IMG/VR virus record: IMGVR_UViG_2906128962_000004
Location: 25,940-89,939 of that record
Length of the DNA: 64,000 nucleotides
Strand: one strand, 5' to 3'
DNA from: a virus
Lineage: Duplodnaviria > Caudoviricetes
Shown here: positions 55,110 through 64,000 of the stretch, one piece after another
Numbering within the stretch: position 1 is the stretch's first letter
Layout: the number at the start of each line of letters is the position of its first letter
The notes under the pieces: model-generated
Told to the model about the DNA's origin: nothing
Database searches by the model: none
Seen by the model: only the letters and a program-made list of their open reading frames with translations
Made by a program: the position numbers and the translations under genes

Positions 55110-55552
55110 CCTTCCTTACTAATGCCTTTCTGTATCAGAATCTTAAAAAAACAGACTAAAAAACTTGAAAGAAAAAAAACACCTTGTATGCTTGCTTCGT
55201 TAATTTTACGGTCAGAGCAGAATCACAGAGATAATAAGTGTTAACCATTTGGCGTACTTGAGGAAGCAGTACAACCGTACTGAATACTTGGGCACACCAA
55301 AAAAAGTTTGATAATGAATTTTGAAATTTAATTAATACAAAACTCATCAGTCAAACCTCCACTCACCGGCCCTTGTTGCTGAGTGGAGTCTCTGTGCGGC
55401 CAGTGATCAGGTGTAGGAACCTTGGTTGAGCATGTCACCGGTCAATTTCCTCCCCCCTGCTGTGAAGACTCGTAAATTAACAGACTTGTCGAGGACGAAG
55501 CAGGGACTCAACCTGAGTGGCTGTCCGCACGGCTCCCAAAAGGGGCTTAGAA

Positions 55553-55672
55553 ATGAAAACTACCACTCTGTTGGTTTTAGTCATTGTCTTGAGCATGTGT
55601 TTGGCTAAGGGACCAGCGATTAATTTCTCTGGTAATACTATCCAGTTAGGCACATTCACTCAGACCAAGTAA
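55553..55672 (+). CDS. 39-aa hydrophobic peptide, candidate type I toxin (not in ORF track)
   Basis: MKTTTLLVLVIVLSMCLAKGPAINFSGNTIQLGTFTQTK; long structured leader; own terminator. Confidence 0.7.
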   Translation: MKTTTLLVLVIVLSMCLAKGPAINFSGNTIQLGTFTQTK

Positions 55673-55696
55673 CGATAAAATGTCTTTGGACTTTTT

Positions 55697-55719
55697 CGCC
55701 ACCTTCGGGTGGCGTTTTT
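55697..55719 (+). terminator. Terminator after 39-aa ORF
   Basis: CGCCACC-TTCG-GGTGGCG-TTTTT. Confidence 0.8.
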
Positions 55720-55758
55720 GTTTCCCTCTCCAGCAGGTCCAAGCCAGCAAAAGGTATG

Positions 55759-56126
55759 CACTTTCATAAACCCTCCATACCTTTTCTTCAAAAGGTGGGT
55801 AGCTTCATAAAAGGTGACTCGCCTCTCTTTAAAGGTGACCACTTTCATAAAAATGTGACCTTGTAACGCATCAAAACACCTTCCGTTTGATGGAATGTGA
55901 CCACGTAACTATCAAAAAGGTGGCTGCTTTCGTAAGTGGGTAAAAACACAGTTATGAAAGTGGTCACCTTTAGTCTTTTTTTTATGAAACTGCCCACCTA
56001 ATTACCGAATACACACCCGCCTCTTTATGAAAGTGGTCACCTTTTTATGATACCAGCCACCCCAAACAAAAAAGGCGGGCATCTCTTATGAAAATGCCCA
56101 CCTTTTTTATGAAAGTGACTACCTTT
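55759..56126. repeat. incA-like copy-control iterons downstream of repA
   Basis: Multiple TTATGAAAGTGGTCACCTTT-like repeats in both orientations. Confidence 0.85.
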
Positions 56127-56134
56127 TTACTCTA

Positions 56135-57073
56135 TCACTGCTCGCCACCATCTCCTTCATTTTCCTCATTTTTTCCTTTAGATGAGGTCAACTTAAGGTT
56201 TGGTCTGCGTGCGAGGATCGTGAACTGAATTTCACGCCCCTTCTTCACCTCTTTGTACTCCAGGTATCCGATCTTCTCTAAGTCAGCCAGTGCCTTTCTG
56301 ATTGTCTGGTTTTGAGTCTTCACCGGTGAGTCCAGTAACAGTCGCTCACGGAACCGCTTCATTGTCATAAACAGAGGGCCGGTGTTAGAGGGGAGGCTTT
56401 CAAGATAGATATACAGAGCCTGTGCAGCTTCCTTTCGAGAGAGGTTTGACAGCGGTTTCAGACTTAGCAGGATTTTATGATCCCAGCGATATAACTCCCA
56501 CAAATCCTTATCGCCTACCAGTTCAACGACATCCTCATTTTCATCCAGCTTAGCTTTCTGTACCAGGTGGCTCACCATATTCTTGGTGCCATCTTTACTG
56601 GTAAATCCGAGCGTTACACTCGCGATATTGAATAATGACTCTTTCAGGCGAGTGCGCGCACGGCCGTTGAGGTCAGTTGGCCGGAGACCGCACATCCGCC
56701 CGAACTCAGAGAATGAGAGAGTAATCTTCTCACCTTCAAAGCCATATTTAGAGAAAGCTGATACTATCCCTATCCATGCTTTGAAATCCGTGGACATGTT
56801 GAGCTTGGCACCCTGGATTCTGATCTTCGTGTAGCCCTCGCGACGTGCGATTTCCAGCGTTGATAGCTCTTCAGACGCATCAATAAGGAAATCACGCTTA
56901 CCACGTTCCTTCGGTGCGACAGGCGTGAACACGCTAAGGCGGAGCAACGCCCTTGGCTGAACACTTTTGTCGTCACTTGGCACAAGCATGTAATCTTTAC
57001 CAGTTTCACGGTGAACTACGAACGGATGTTCTGGGTTTAAACCGTCATCTGTCTGATTTTCAGTCGATTCCAT
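56135..57073 (-). CDS. repA: Plasmid replication initiator RepA (Rep_3, P1/IncFIB-like)
   Basis: VQPRALLRLSVFTP, REGYTKIRIQGAKLNMSTDFKAWIGI, QNQTIRKALADLEKIGYL. Confidence 0.92.
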   Translation of the reverse strand: MESTENQTDDGLNPEHPFVVHRETGKDYMLVPSDDKSVQPRALLRLSVFTPVAPKERGKRDFLIDASEELSTLEIARREGYTKIRIQGAKLNMSTDFKAWIGIVSAFSKYGFEGEKITLSFSEFGRMCGLRPTDLNGRARTRLKESLFNIASVTLGFTSKDGTKNMVSHLVQKAKLDENEDVVELVGDKDLWELYRWDHKILLSLKPLSNLSRKEAAQALYIYLESLPSNTGPLFMTMKRFRERLLLDSPVKTQNQTIRKALADLEKIGYLEYKEVKKGREIQFTILARRPNLKLTSSKGKNEENEGDGGEQ

Positions 57074-57099
57074 CGTCTACACTCAGATTTTACCGATTA

Positions 57100-57450
57100 C
57101 GAGCCTGTGAATAAGAGTGTGCATAATCGGTGGTTAAAAATTTCACATCACGTAGAGGATCTACATGAAAAGCATTGATAACAAAGATGTTTTTTGAGTT
57201 ATTCACACACCTGTGGATAAAAAACACAAATTTTATGAAAGTGCCCACCTTTGATTTATGAAAGTGTCCACTAAAATTATGAAAGTGTCCACCAAAATTA
57301 TGAAAGTGCCCACTTTTTTTATGAAAGTGTTAACCCAAAGTGCCGTTTTTATTTTTAGAATCATGAAGTTACAAGCGTGGTGATCTTTATTGATCTGTAT
57401 ATTGATCTATATATTGATCTAAAAGACTATGATCTACGGTGTGGATAATA
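57100..57450. other. Iteron replication origin (oriR-like)
   Basis: Five iterons at 57233, 57256, 57277, 57298, 57319; GATC at 57382, 57392, 57404, 57416, 57431; DnaA boxes TGTGGATAA at 57212 and 57440. Confidence 0.88.
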
Positions 57451-57482
57451 ATAAAAGGGCACCCAAAAGAGTGCCACGTCAG

Positions 57483-57974
57483 TTAGTTGATTTCTGCCAC
57501 CTTACCACCAAAGTTTTTGTAGGCCTCGATCAGAACTTCAACCTTATGCTCTCTCTGGCCGTACCCCGCGCCCGGGAAGCTTGCCCAGATATTAGCGCAC
57601 TTGGCGATCGCCCGTCGGATATGGCCAGCTTCAATATCTGCAATAGCACGCTGTTCCTTCAGCAATTGCAGACAAAGCCTGTCCTGGCTCTCTGGGCTAA
57701 AATCTTTCAACCCCAGTTGCTCTTTGTACGTCGGCCAATATTTGTAAAGCTGCTGGTAGCCGCCAGACGCAGTAGAACGCTGCCCAGCTTTGTTAAAAAC
57801 TTTCCCCGGACGGCCCTTGGCGAAAGGATGATCGCTGAAATCAGTAAAAACCTCTGGTTTACCATCGATGCCCGTGACGATCACATCGTAGCCGTCATTC
57901 ACTGTAAGCGGATGATTTAGCGTGCCCTCAGAAAAACGGATCGTTTTCATAAACGCTTGTATGTTCGGATTCAT
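57483..57974 (-). CDS. Endolysin (lambda R-like lysozyme)
   Basis: IRFSEGT, GYDVIV, STASGGYQ, DFSPESQD, WASFPGAGYGQ. Confidence 0.92.
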   Translation of the reverse strand: MNPNIQAFMKTIRFSEGTLNHPLTVNDGYDVIVTGIDGKPEVFTDFSDHPFAKGRPGKVFNKAGQRSTASGGYQQLYKYWPTYKEQLGLKDFSPESQDRLCLQLLKEQRAIADIEAGHIRRAIAKCANIWASFPGAGYGQREHKVEVLIEAYKNFGGKVAEIN

Positions 57975-58065
57975 GTCTACTCCAGATGTAACTTATGGAA
58001 AAATGCAGCAGACAAGTTAGTAGTACTCACAAGGACGCCATCAGGTGTCCTTTTTCTTTTGAGGG

Positions 58066-58084
58066 ATGCTACGGAAAGTTACAT
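58066..58084 (-). promoter_or_regulatory. Lpa-type late promoter for endolysin
   Basis: ATGTAACTT-tccg-TAGCAT. Confidence 0.6.
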
Positions 58085-58133
58085 CCCGTTGGGGATAAAA
58101 AAACAAGCGGCAAGTACCGCCCGTCCAGACTAC

Positions 58134-58463
58134 TCAGGAAACTGAATCACTCTCAAATTCTTCATAGCTCTGCTGTAGCTCTGCTTCCATTTCCTCCTGC
58201 CAGGCTTCAGGGACACCAGTTGCAGTTACTGCAGTGAGCTCAAATACTCGAAGCATTTCATACGGCGCGCACATTGGACCGTTGATCGGGTAAATACCTT
58301 GGCCAGTACCCTCTGCAGTAGCGGTGATTAACCAGAACAAGTTCATGATGGACTCGATCGAGAAATCACCGGTTACACTGAAATCACACGGTTCAAGGGC
58401 TTCGTCCCCATAGAACGTTACTACTCCGGTGCGGGTACCATCGGAAATTTGTATATCTACCAT
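58134..58463 (-). CDS. Acidic protein in position of P1 hxr
   Basis: 109 aa, acidic C-terminus, follows ddrB. Confidence 0.55.
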   Translation of the reverse strand: MVDIQISDGTRTGVVTFYGDEALEPCDFSVTGDFSIESIMNLFWLITATAEGTGQGIYPINGPMCAPYEMLRVFELTAVTATGVPEAWQEEMEAELQQSYEEFESDSVS

Positions 58464-60046
58464 TAGTGACCTTCCTTCAGCACACCAGTGACAAACTCGA
58501 TGAGGCCATCACTGTTTACCAGGGATATGGCGCCAGAGTTAGGCTGCGCCAGATATTCAAAACCAGAGGAAAAAACCTCTGTGAACGTAGCGGTGTCGAT
58601 ATGGTAGCCACCATAGATTTTTCCGATGTAGGGTGATGAGAGATGATCAGCTATCGCAACCTCTTTGTCGCCGTAAACCCCATTCCGATAAAAACGGTTC
58701 AATGACGCTACAGCAGCGTTTTCCCCGTTGGTTCGTTCCGCAAGATAGGCGCGCGCCATCAGCAGATAATCAGGGTTTGAAAACTCAAAGTGATGGCCCA
58801 CTTCATGCCAGAGTGCTCGTTTACCACCGCGAGGATTCAGGGCGATTTGTTTCTTTTGAATGTTGGCAAACGACCGGCCACGCAGGATATCGATGTTTTT
58901 TAGTGTCCGGATGCGGCCGCGAGCAAGTTTAAAAACAGCTTTAAGATCCCGCAGAAAACTACCATCCGCGCCGCTGTAAATATCATACTCGCTTATAAGC
59001 GCACGGCTAATCTTGATGCCGGAGATCCACTCATCAGCCTGGCTATCGTTGATTTCGGCGTCGTTTAACAACTCTTCCCTGATTAGCTCTACTTGGGGGA
59101 TCACTTTTTTGATCGAGGTTTGGATCACGTCTTTTAACCACTCAGCGCCATGACTGGGACCTGAGTTGATAAAATTGGCGCACCCATCTTGCTCGCCAGG
59201 ACTACCGAAACCAAATTTCCCGCTCAGCAATGCAGTACGAACGGCTTCAGCGCGTTCCCCAAACAAATTGCGTACGTTAATCCACTCCAAGGATTCAGGA
59301 TTTTTGCTATCCAGCATATTGGCTATTTCAGCCTTTGCCTCTTCGATCCTTCCTGGTACTGACATGGATCGTAAAAAATCGGTGCCAGTCGTTTTCCGTT
59401 GCTGGTAAGCGTCTGATGCGCTCTCTGATGTAAGTGTCTGGCTGGCCGGTTCCTCTGTCCCGACACGTAGCATCTGGAAGATATTAAACATCTGGTCATT
59501 CAGTAAATCACCGATACGTGACATAACCGCCGATATGGCCGGGAACTTAAACTTTATGTTGTCGACCATGATGGGATAGAGAATTTCTCGCATACGTAGT
59601 GCTGCGGAATCCCTTTCTTCAGGGGTTTTAGCGTTCTTCCACTCTGACGCAACACTGCGTAGACGAAAGAAATCACCGGTGACGAACATGAAGCGCCAGA
59701 TCTTTTGGTTCTCAATTGCTAACGGATGAACTCGGGTTATTTCCCCGGCTTTAGTCAAAAAGATGCTTTTCCCGTAGCCAAGTTCTTTCTTTGCAGCAGT
59801 GAAAGTTTTACCCAGTACAGCGCTGGCCAAGTTGGTGAATGCGGTGATATCGCTTTCGCTAACATTCGTCTTAAGGGATAACGCAGAAAGTCGATCGAGG
59901 ATGAAAGAGTAGCTGCTACCACTAACACCTTCACGATCCCAGAAACTGAGGATCGCAGTTGATAGCTCATCTACGGAATTGCACATACCGATGATGACCT
60001 TCGTTTTTTTGTCCGTTTTAGGGGCTTTAAGAGTGGTTTTTAACAT
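58463..60046 (-). CDS. ddrB: DdrB-like protein (shortened) with HExxH motif
   Basis: ALWHEVGHHFEFSNPD and TEVFS resemble the P1 DdrB C-terminus; 527 aa. Confidence 0.65.
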   Translation of the reverse strand: MLKTTLKAPKTDKKTKVIIGMCNSVDELSTAILSFWDREGVSGSSYSFILDRLSALSLKTNVSESDITAFTNLASAVLGKTFTAAKKELGYGKSIFLTKAGEITRVHPLAIENQKIWRFMFVTGDFFRLRSVASEWKNAKTPEERDSAALRMREILYPIMVDNIKFKFPAISAVMSRIGDLLNDQMFNIFQMLRVGTEEPASQTLTSESASDAYQQRKTTGTDFLRSMSVPGRIEEAKAEIANMLDSKNPESLEWINVRNLFGERAEAVRTALLSGKFGFGSPGEQDGCANFINSGPSHGAEWLKDVIQTSIKKVIPQVELIREELLNDAEINDSQADEWISGIKISRALISEYDIYSGADGSFLRDLKAVFKLARGRIRTLKNIDILRGRSFANIQKKQIALNPRGGKRALWHEVGHHFEFSNPDYLLMARAYLAERTNGENAAVASLNRFYRNGVYGDKEVAIADHLSSPYIGKIYGGYHIDTATFTEVFSSGFEYLAQPNSGAISLVNSDGLIEFVTGVLKEGH

Positions 60047-60099
60047 AGATCCAGATCCACACCGCCCGGATCGTTGGATCTTCCGGGCGGCTAATGTCG

Positions 60100-60444
60100 T
60101 TAGGCTGCCTGTAAGGCGTTCTCGTTAATCCAGGTGAGTGCGCCTGCCTTGATATCATCGAAGGTGAGAAAAACGCTCTGGAAGGGCTCCAGCGCTCTCA
60201 GCGTAGCGACAAAATCAGTGGCGCTCTGTTTGTTGAATTCACCGGCGAGGAAATCAGTAACGATCTTAGGTGGACCATCTGGCACGTCGGGTTCGCCGGT
60301 CGGCCCGTAACCCAGCTTCACTAATACCTCATCAATTTGGTCGTTGAGGTCCAGTAAGGCTATGCCGGTTGCCGATTTTGCCTGTCCCAGAAGTTCATCA
60401 AGTTTGTCAGAGAGATCTAAGCGTTCAATCGCGCTGAGTTTCAT
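60100..60444 (-). CDS. ddrA: DdrA-like protein
   Basis: MKLSAIERLDLSDKLDELL; follows darA. Confidence 0.75.
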   Translation of the reverse strand: MKLSAIERLDLSDKLDELLGQAKSATGIALLDLNDQIDEVLVKLGYGPTGEPDVPDGPPKIVTDFLAGEFNKQSATDFVATLRALEPFQSVFLTFDDIKAGALTWINENALQAA

Positions 60445-61799
60445 GCTGCAGCGCCTCCCTGCGCTATGTTGGCCAGCAGATCAGAAAGGTGCTGTACTGC
60501 TGCGTTTACCAGCTCTTCATTTTCGTCATAAATACCGGCGGCGGTAAGTGCTGATATGGCTTCACGTACGGAACCTCGTGCATTTCTGATCACCACCAGA
60601 TCGGAGCTTTCCAGCTCTGCAATACTGCTGAGATAAGCAATTGCCTTTTGTGCTTCAGTGTCAGCTTCCGGACGGGTTACTTCGGGTTCCGACTCCAAAA
60701 TTGTTGGTATGCCCTCACCAAAATCAATTGCTGATTTCATCTTCTCGATGTTTTGAGTCGTAGGATGCGCTGAGAGCTTCTCTGAGAGCTCTATAAGCTC
60801 CGCGGAGTTAAACCCTTTTGTCTCTGCCCAATGCGTTACTTGGTCCTCTGTGTGGCCTGTATGCGCGGCAATCGCACCGGCGGCAACCACAAACGGAGAT
60901 GGCTCATTGTCGACAGGAGGATTTGGCTTCTGTTTTCTCGCCTCGGCTTCTGCCTCTGCGATCTCGATCTGCTTACGCAGCTCATCGTTAAGATCCTCCT
61001 GTTCTATGGCCTGAGCGTTCAACGAATTGAGCTGCTGAGACAGCGTGCTCAGCCCGGCCTTTATTTCATCACCACTTTCAACGAGGGCCAGTTGCTGCTG
61101 CTCCAGCTTATCTCCCTGCTCCTGAAGGTTGGCAATCTCGCTTTTTACTTCCGCCTGGCGTGCCTGTGCCTTTTGGAATTTCGCGGTATTTCGCTCAATC
61201 AGGTTTGAAAGTGCCATGGTTACCTGTTTCAGCGAAATATCACGTCCGTTTGCGGGCGATACGACGTTTGTCACATCTCGCTTATTCAGCAGGAAACGGA
61301 AAGCAACCAATGTGTCAGTGGTTGTGATCGTCCCGACATTGCCGCTCGGACTATGGAAAATCAGAGTTATGCTCTGGCCGTCAGATAGTGGAATTTGCGC
61401 GGGCATAACCGCGATCCCCTGCACCTTACGCGCCCTGCCGATATTGGCCCCGCCAATAGATTTGGTTCCGTCTTCCGCTTCACCCGCGGTGTCGTTGCCA
61501 GCAGTAATCCCGGTACCATTAAGTGACTGGTTTAATGCTCGAACGAACGCGCGCATTGTTGCGGCCAGGCGCGATCGAGTCGAGGTAATTGCTTCAAGCA
61601 TCAGGTCTTCTTCCGGCAGCATCGGAACATCGTAAAAATAAGTACTGGTGAATTCTTCAAGTGAGAGCGATTCCAGCATGAAGTGTTCTCCGTCACCGGC
61701 GTACAGCTGCTGCACTGCCTGCTCGGATATTTGGATTGCTGGTAGGTCCTGCCGATTGGACAAAATAAGTCCAGAATGGCGGTTAATGGTTTTAAGCAT
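60441..61799 (-). CDS. darA: DarA antirestriction/head protein
   Basis: PAQIPLSDGQSITLIFHSP, AFRFLLNKRDVTNVVSP, QVTMALSNLIERN match P1 DarA. Confidence 0.85.
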   Translation of the reverse strand: MLKTINRHSGLILSNRQDLPAIQISEQAVQQLYAGDGEHFMLESLSLEEFTSTYFYDVPMLPEEDLMLEAITSTRSRLAATMRAFVRALNQSLNGTGITAGNDTAGEAEDGTKSIGGANIGRARKVQGIAVMPAQIPLSDGQSITLIFHSPSGNVGTITTTDTLVAFRFLLNKRDVTNVVSPANGRDISLKQVTMALSNLIERNTAKFQKAQARQAEVKSEIANLQEQGDKLEQQQLALVESGDEIKAGLSTLSQQLNSLNAQAIEQEDLNDELRKQIEIAEAEAEARKQKPNPPVDNEPSPFVVAAGAIAAHTGHTEDQVTHWAETKGFNSAELIELSEKLSAHPTTQNIEKMKSAIDFGEGIPTILESEPEVTRPEADTEAQKAIAYLSSIAELESSDLVVIRNARGSVREAISALTAAGIYDENEELVNAAVQHLSDLLANIAQGGAAA

Positions 61800-62424
61800 C
61801 TGGGTTCTCCAGTTTTTTAAGCTGATCTTCAAGCTGAGCCGTTACTGCTTTTGCTGTTGTCAGGCGCGTTTGGGCATCCTGTACCCGCTGAGTGAGGTCT
61901 GAATTCTGCTTGGTGGCTGTGTTGACGGTTTCCTGAAGGGTTTGAACATTTTTATTCAGCTTATCCCGGCGATCTTTGGCTTCTTTTAGTCGCTGGACAT
62001 TAGATTTTACCGCTGGTTTTGTGCTCGAAAGATCAATGACTCGCTTGGCCTTACGAGCCAAACTTTCACTGAACTTTTTAGCGTTCTGCTTCACAGTTGT
62101 CGCGAGGCTCTCAGCAATTTTGGATAACGTATCAGCGCGAACTGCCGGGATCGGTTTCCCGTTTAATTTGAAGCCAGAAAAGTCACCAGAGTCGTTAATT
62201 TCAGTTTGAAGTTCTTGGCCATCTTCGAAGCGCAAAGTTGCGGTCTTCACATTGAGCCCATTTTTCTTGGTAACTCGGTTGCTGGCAGCTACGTTCTCGA
62301 CAGTGAGACCGGCCTTTTTGAGCGCATCAAGGAAGGGTTTTAACCCCTTCTCGGTTACTTGGTCAAAATTGACCTGGGCATATTTTTTCCCGTTCTTTGA
62401 GGTGAGGCCATTTGGGGCTGACAT
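61792..62424 (-). CDS. hdf: Hdf (DarA-fragment homolog)
   Basis: YAQVNFDQVTEKGLK...NDSGDFSGFKLNGKPIP. Confidence 0.85.
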   Translation of the reverse strand: MSAPNGLTSKNGKKYAQVNFDQVTEKGLKPFLDALKKAGLTVENVAASNRVTKKNGLNVKTATLRFEDGQELQTEINDSGDFSGFKLNGKPIPAVRADTLSKIAESLATTVKQNAKKFSESLARKAKRVIDLSSTKPAVKSNVQRLKEAKDRRDKLNKNVQTLQETVNTATKQNSDLTQRVQDAQTRLTTAKAVTAQLEDQLKKLENPDA

Positions 62425-62858
62425 TAATGCGTTTCTCCCGGTAGAATTTCGAACTCTTTCTGAGCATCAAGGTGAAGCGGAAAAATACGGTAAAGAGGGT
62501 TGTAGAAGGAATCACCGTGCAGAATTTTAATGTTGATGATCCACTTCCCGGCAGGGATGATTAGACGGTCGAGAGGAATATCAAGGTATTCGCAGTTTTC
62601 CCCTTTGGACGCGTGCTCCAGCGTGCGACGACGGTATGCTACAACGGTTGTTGGGCAACTCTTATCCCTCAGTGTGAACTCGATAGTCGCCCCGATAAGA
62701 CGAGATGATCTTACGTTGTAATACACAGGGACGCGTAAGTGCCCTTGCTCAATTTTATGTTCACCGACGAAAAGGTTTTTTACCGTTGCGCGCCGCAGCG
62801 CCCAACGGTCTGCAGCCATTGTTATGCTGGCTCCCACAACCAAAATCAAAGCAATCAT
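62424..62858 (-). CDS. lydB: Antiholin LydB
   Basis: HGDSFYNPLYRIFP matches P1 LydB. Confidence 0.85.
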   Translation of the reverse strand: MIALILVVGASITMAADRWALRRATVKNLFVGEHKIEQGHLRVPVYYNVRSSRLIGATIEFTLRDKSCPTTVVAYRRRTLEHASKGENCEYLDIPLDRLIIPAGKWIINIKILHGDSFYNPLYRIFPLHLDAQKEFEILPGETH

Positions 62859-63184
62859 TATTTGCCACCCTTTGTGAAGATTTGAGTTATTACTCTCGCA
62901 ACAGATTCGGTATTTATCTTTCTGGCCATGTGGACGACCTCGTACCCGTTGTTACTGGAGAGCAGTACGGAAAAGTAGATGATTGGCTCATCGAATTTCT
63001 GGTGCCGCCCAATGTAGTAAGCCATTAGCCCTGCTGTTACCGCATAAGAAATCGTGGTGAGGAAATCCACTACAGTTCCTTTGACCTTGCCTTCCCTCAG
63101 TTCCATCAGGAAAACACCTGTACCGCTAAGGAGAGATAGGCCGACGGCGATGGCTATCGGCAAGATGTCGTTGCTGATCAGCAC
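62858..63184 (-). CDS. lydA: Holin LydA
   Basis: GTGVFLMELREG...AVTAG...SNNGYEV match P1 LydA. Confidence 0.85.
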   Translation of the reverse strand: MLISNDILPIAIAVGLSLLSGTGVFLMELREGKVKGTVVDFLTTISYAVTAGLMAYYIGRHQKFDEPIIYFSVLLSSNNGYEVVHMARKINTESVARVITQIFTKGGK

Positions 63185-63217
63185 CTCGGACCTCGTTTCA
63201 AGTTATTTCAAGGTCCG

Positions 63218-63236
63218 ATTTTATTGAAAGTTACAT
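63218..63236 (-). promoter_or_regulatory. Lpa-type late promoter for lyd-dar operon
   Basis: ATGTAACTT-tcaa-TAAAAT. Confidence 0.65.
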
Positions 63237-63271
63237 TTGGCGGGGGGGGATGCTTGGACTTGCTGAGTGGT

Positions 63272-63913
63272 TTAATCTTCCTCCAGGGCCTGCTCCCATA
63301 TCGGTCGCTTGTTGAACTCGGCTTGTTCATCGGCATCCGTGTACGCATCGTCCAGGCTTTCCATCTGTGATGCCGGAAACTTTTTATAGAGCGTCGAGAC
63401 ACCAACATCGAAAATAATGGCGACCTGCTTACGGCTCATGCCGTCGAGAATTAAACGTCCCATCTGCGCCCAATCTTCCTGTGAGTATTTTGGTGGGCGA
63501 CCACCTATTCGGCCTTTTTTGCGTGCAACAGCCAGTCCCGCGCGCGTTCGCTCAATGATGATTTCACGCTCCATTTCCGCCAGCGCCGACATAATATGGA
63601 ATGTGAAACGCCCCATTGATGTATCGGTATTTATGCCTTCGGTCAGAGAAAGGAACTTGATGTTTTTCTGTTTAAATGTTTGTAGCAGATCCGCCAGGTT
63701 AATGAGCGAACGCCCCAACCGGTCCAGTTTCCATACAACAACCGTATCGCCAGGTTTTAATTTTTTGAGTAAGCGGTTTAACCCTGGTCTTTTAGCTTTC
63801 GTACCGGTCATTTTGTCTTCGAAAATTAGCTCACAATTTGCGCGTTCAATAGCTTCGCGCTGCAGTTCTGGGTTTTGGTCAATTGTTGACACTCGAACAT
63901 AACCAATTCGCAT
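63272..63913 (-). CDS. cin: Serine recombinase / DNA invertase (Cin-like)
   Basis: IGYVRVST, VVWKLDRLGRS, EMEREIIIERT..GL..AR..GRIGGRP, C-terminal HTH. Confidence 0.88.
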   Translation of the reverse strand: MRIGYVRVSTIDQNPELQREAIERANCELIFEDKMTGTKAKRPGLNRLLKKLKPGDTVVVWKLDRLGRSLINLADLLQTFKQKNIKFLSLTEGINTDTSMGRFTFHIMSALAEMEREIIIERTRAGLAVARKKGRIGGRPPKYSQEDWAQMGRLILDGMSRKQVAIIFDVGVSTLYKKFPASQMESLDDAYTDADEQAEFNKRPIWEQALEED

Positions 63914-63975
63914 ATTTTTTAACCTATTTTCTGTGCATAAAAAACGGCGAATTGTATCCGATACTTATGAGGGGA

Positions 63976-64000
63976 ATATCAGAAATGTTGGTTTAGTAGA
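63976..64000 (-). other. Partial cix/hix-like inversion site at window edge
   Basis: Minus strand TCTACTAAACCAACATTTCTGATAT resembles hix/cix consensus. Confidence 0.5.

Noticed and set aside
55056-55481. 19-bp direct repeat as att sites or target-site duplication
   Set aside because: No integrase or transposase lies between the copies; exact coincidence with an sRNA +1 is better explained by antisense pairing.
55759-57337. About 21-bp spaced repeats considered as a CRISPR array
   Set aside because: No unique 30-40 bp spacers and no cas genes; repeats flank repA together with DnaA boxes and GATCs, so they are iterons.
57986-58004. Late-promoter-like ATGTAACTT on the plus strand near the endolysin start
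   Set aside because: Poor -10 (AAAAAT) and no plus-strand gene downstream.
1-64000. Absence of res/mod, ssb, ban, dmt, repL and parAB
   Set aside because: The window is only part of the replicon, so absence cannot be claimed.

Overview
A 64-kb segment of a P1-related temperate phage-plasmid from an enterobacterial-type host. Homologs were recognised from remembered P1 sequences; no database search was run. Core content: tail/baseplate genes 6, 24, 7, 25, 26, mat, ref, a Cre-like recombinase with its own 34-bp lox-type site, c1 repressor, terminase pacA/pacB with a GATC-clustered pac region, lpa, darB/ulx, prt, pro, an immI-type c4/icd/KilA-N locus, a Rep_3 iteron replicon, lysozyme, ddrB/ddrA/darA/hdf, lydA/lydB and a cin-type invertase. 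Two regulons can be read from the DNA: a 17-bp asymmetric operator (AATTAGTATTDTCTGTA, about 12 copies) and an Lpa-type late promoter (ATGTAACTT-N4-TAnnnT, 6 copies). Most notable accessory content: (1) an unannotated divergent type I toxin-antitoxin-like locus (87-nt sRNA whose first 19 nt are perfectly complementary to the leader of a 39-aa hydrophobic peptide gene); (2) a stand-alone, catalytically degenerate copy of the terminase nuclease domain; (3) a late-promoter cluster of three glycosyltransferase-like genes plus a fourth GT-B gene; (4) an ldr/rdl-type locus with a divergent toxin; (5) an expanded tRNA-like RNA; (6) type II (ParM) partitioning; (7) HEPN-type and SH3-domain morons.
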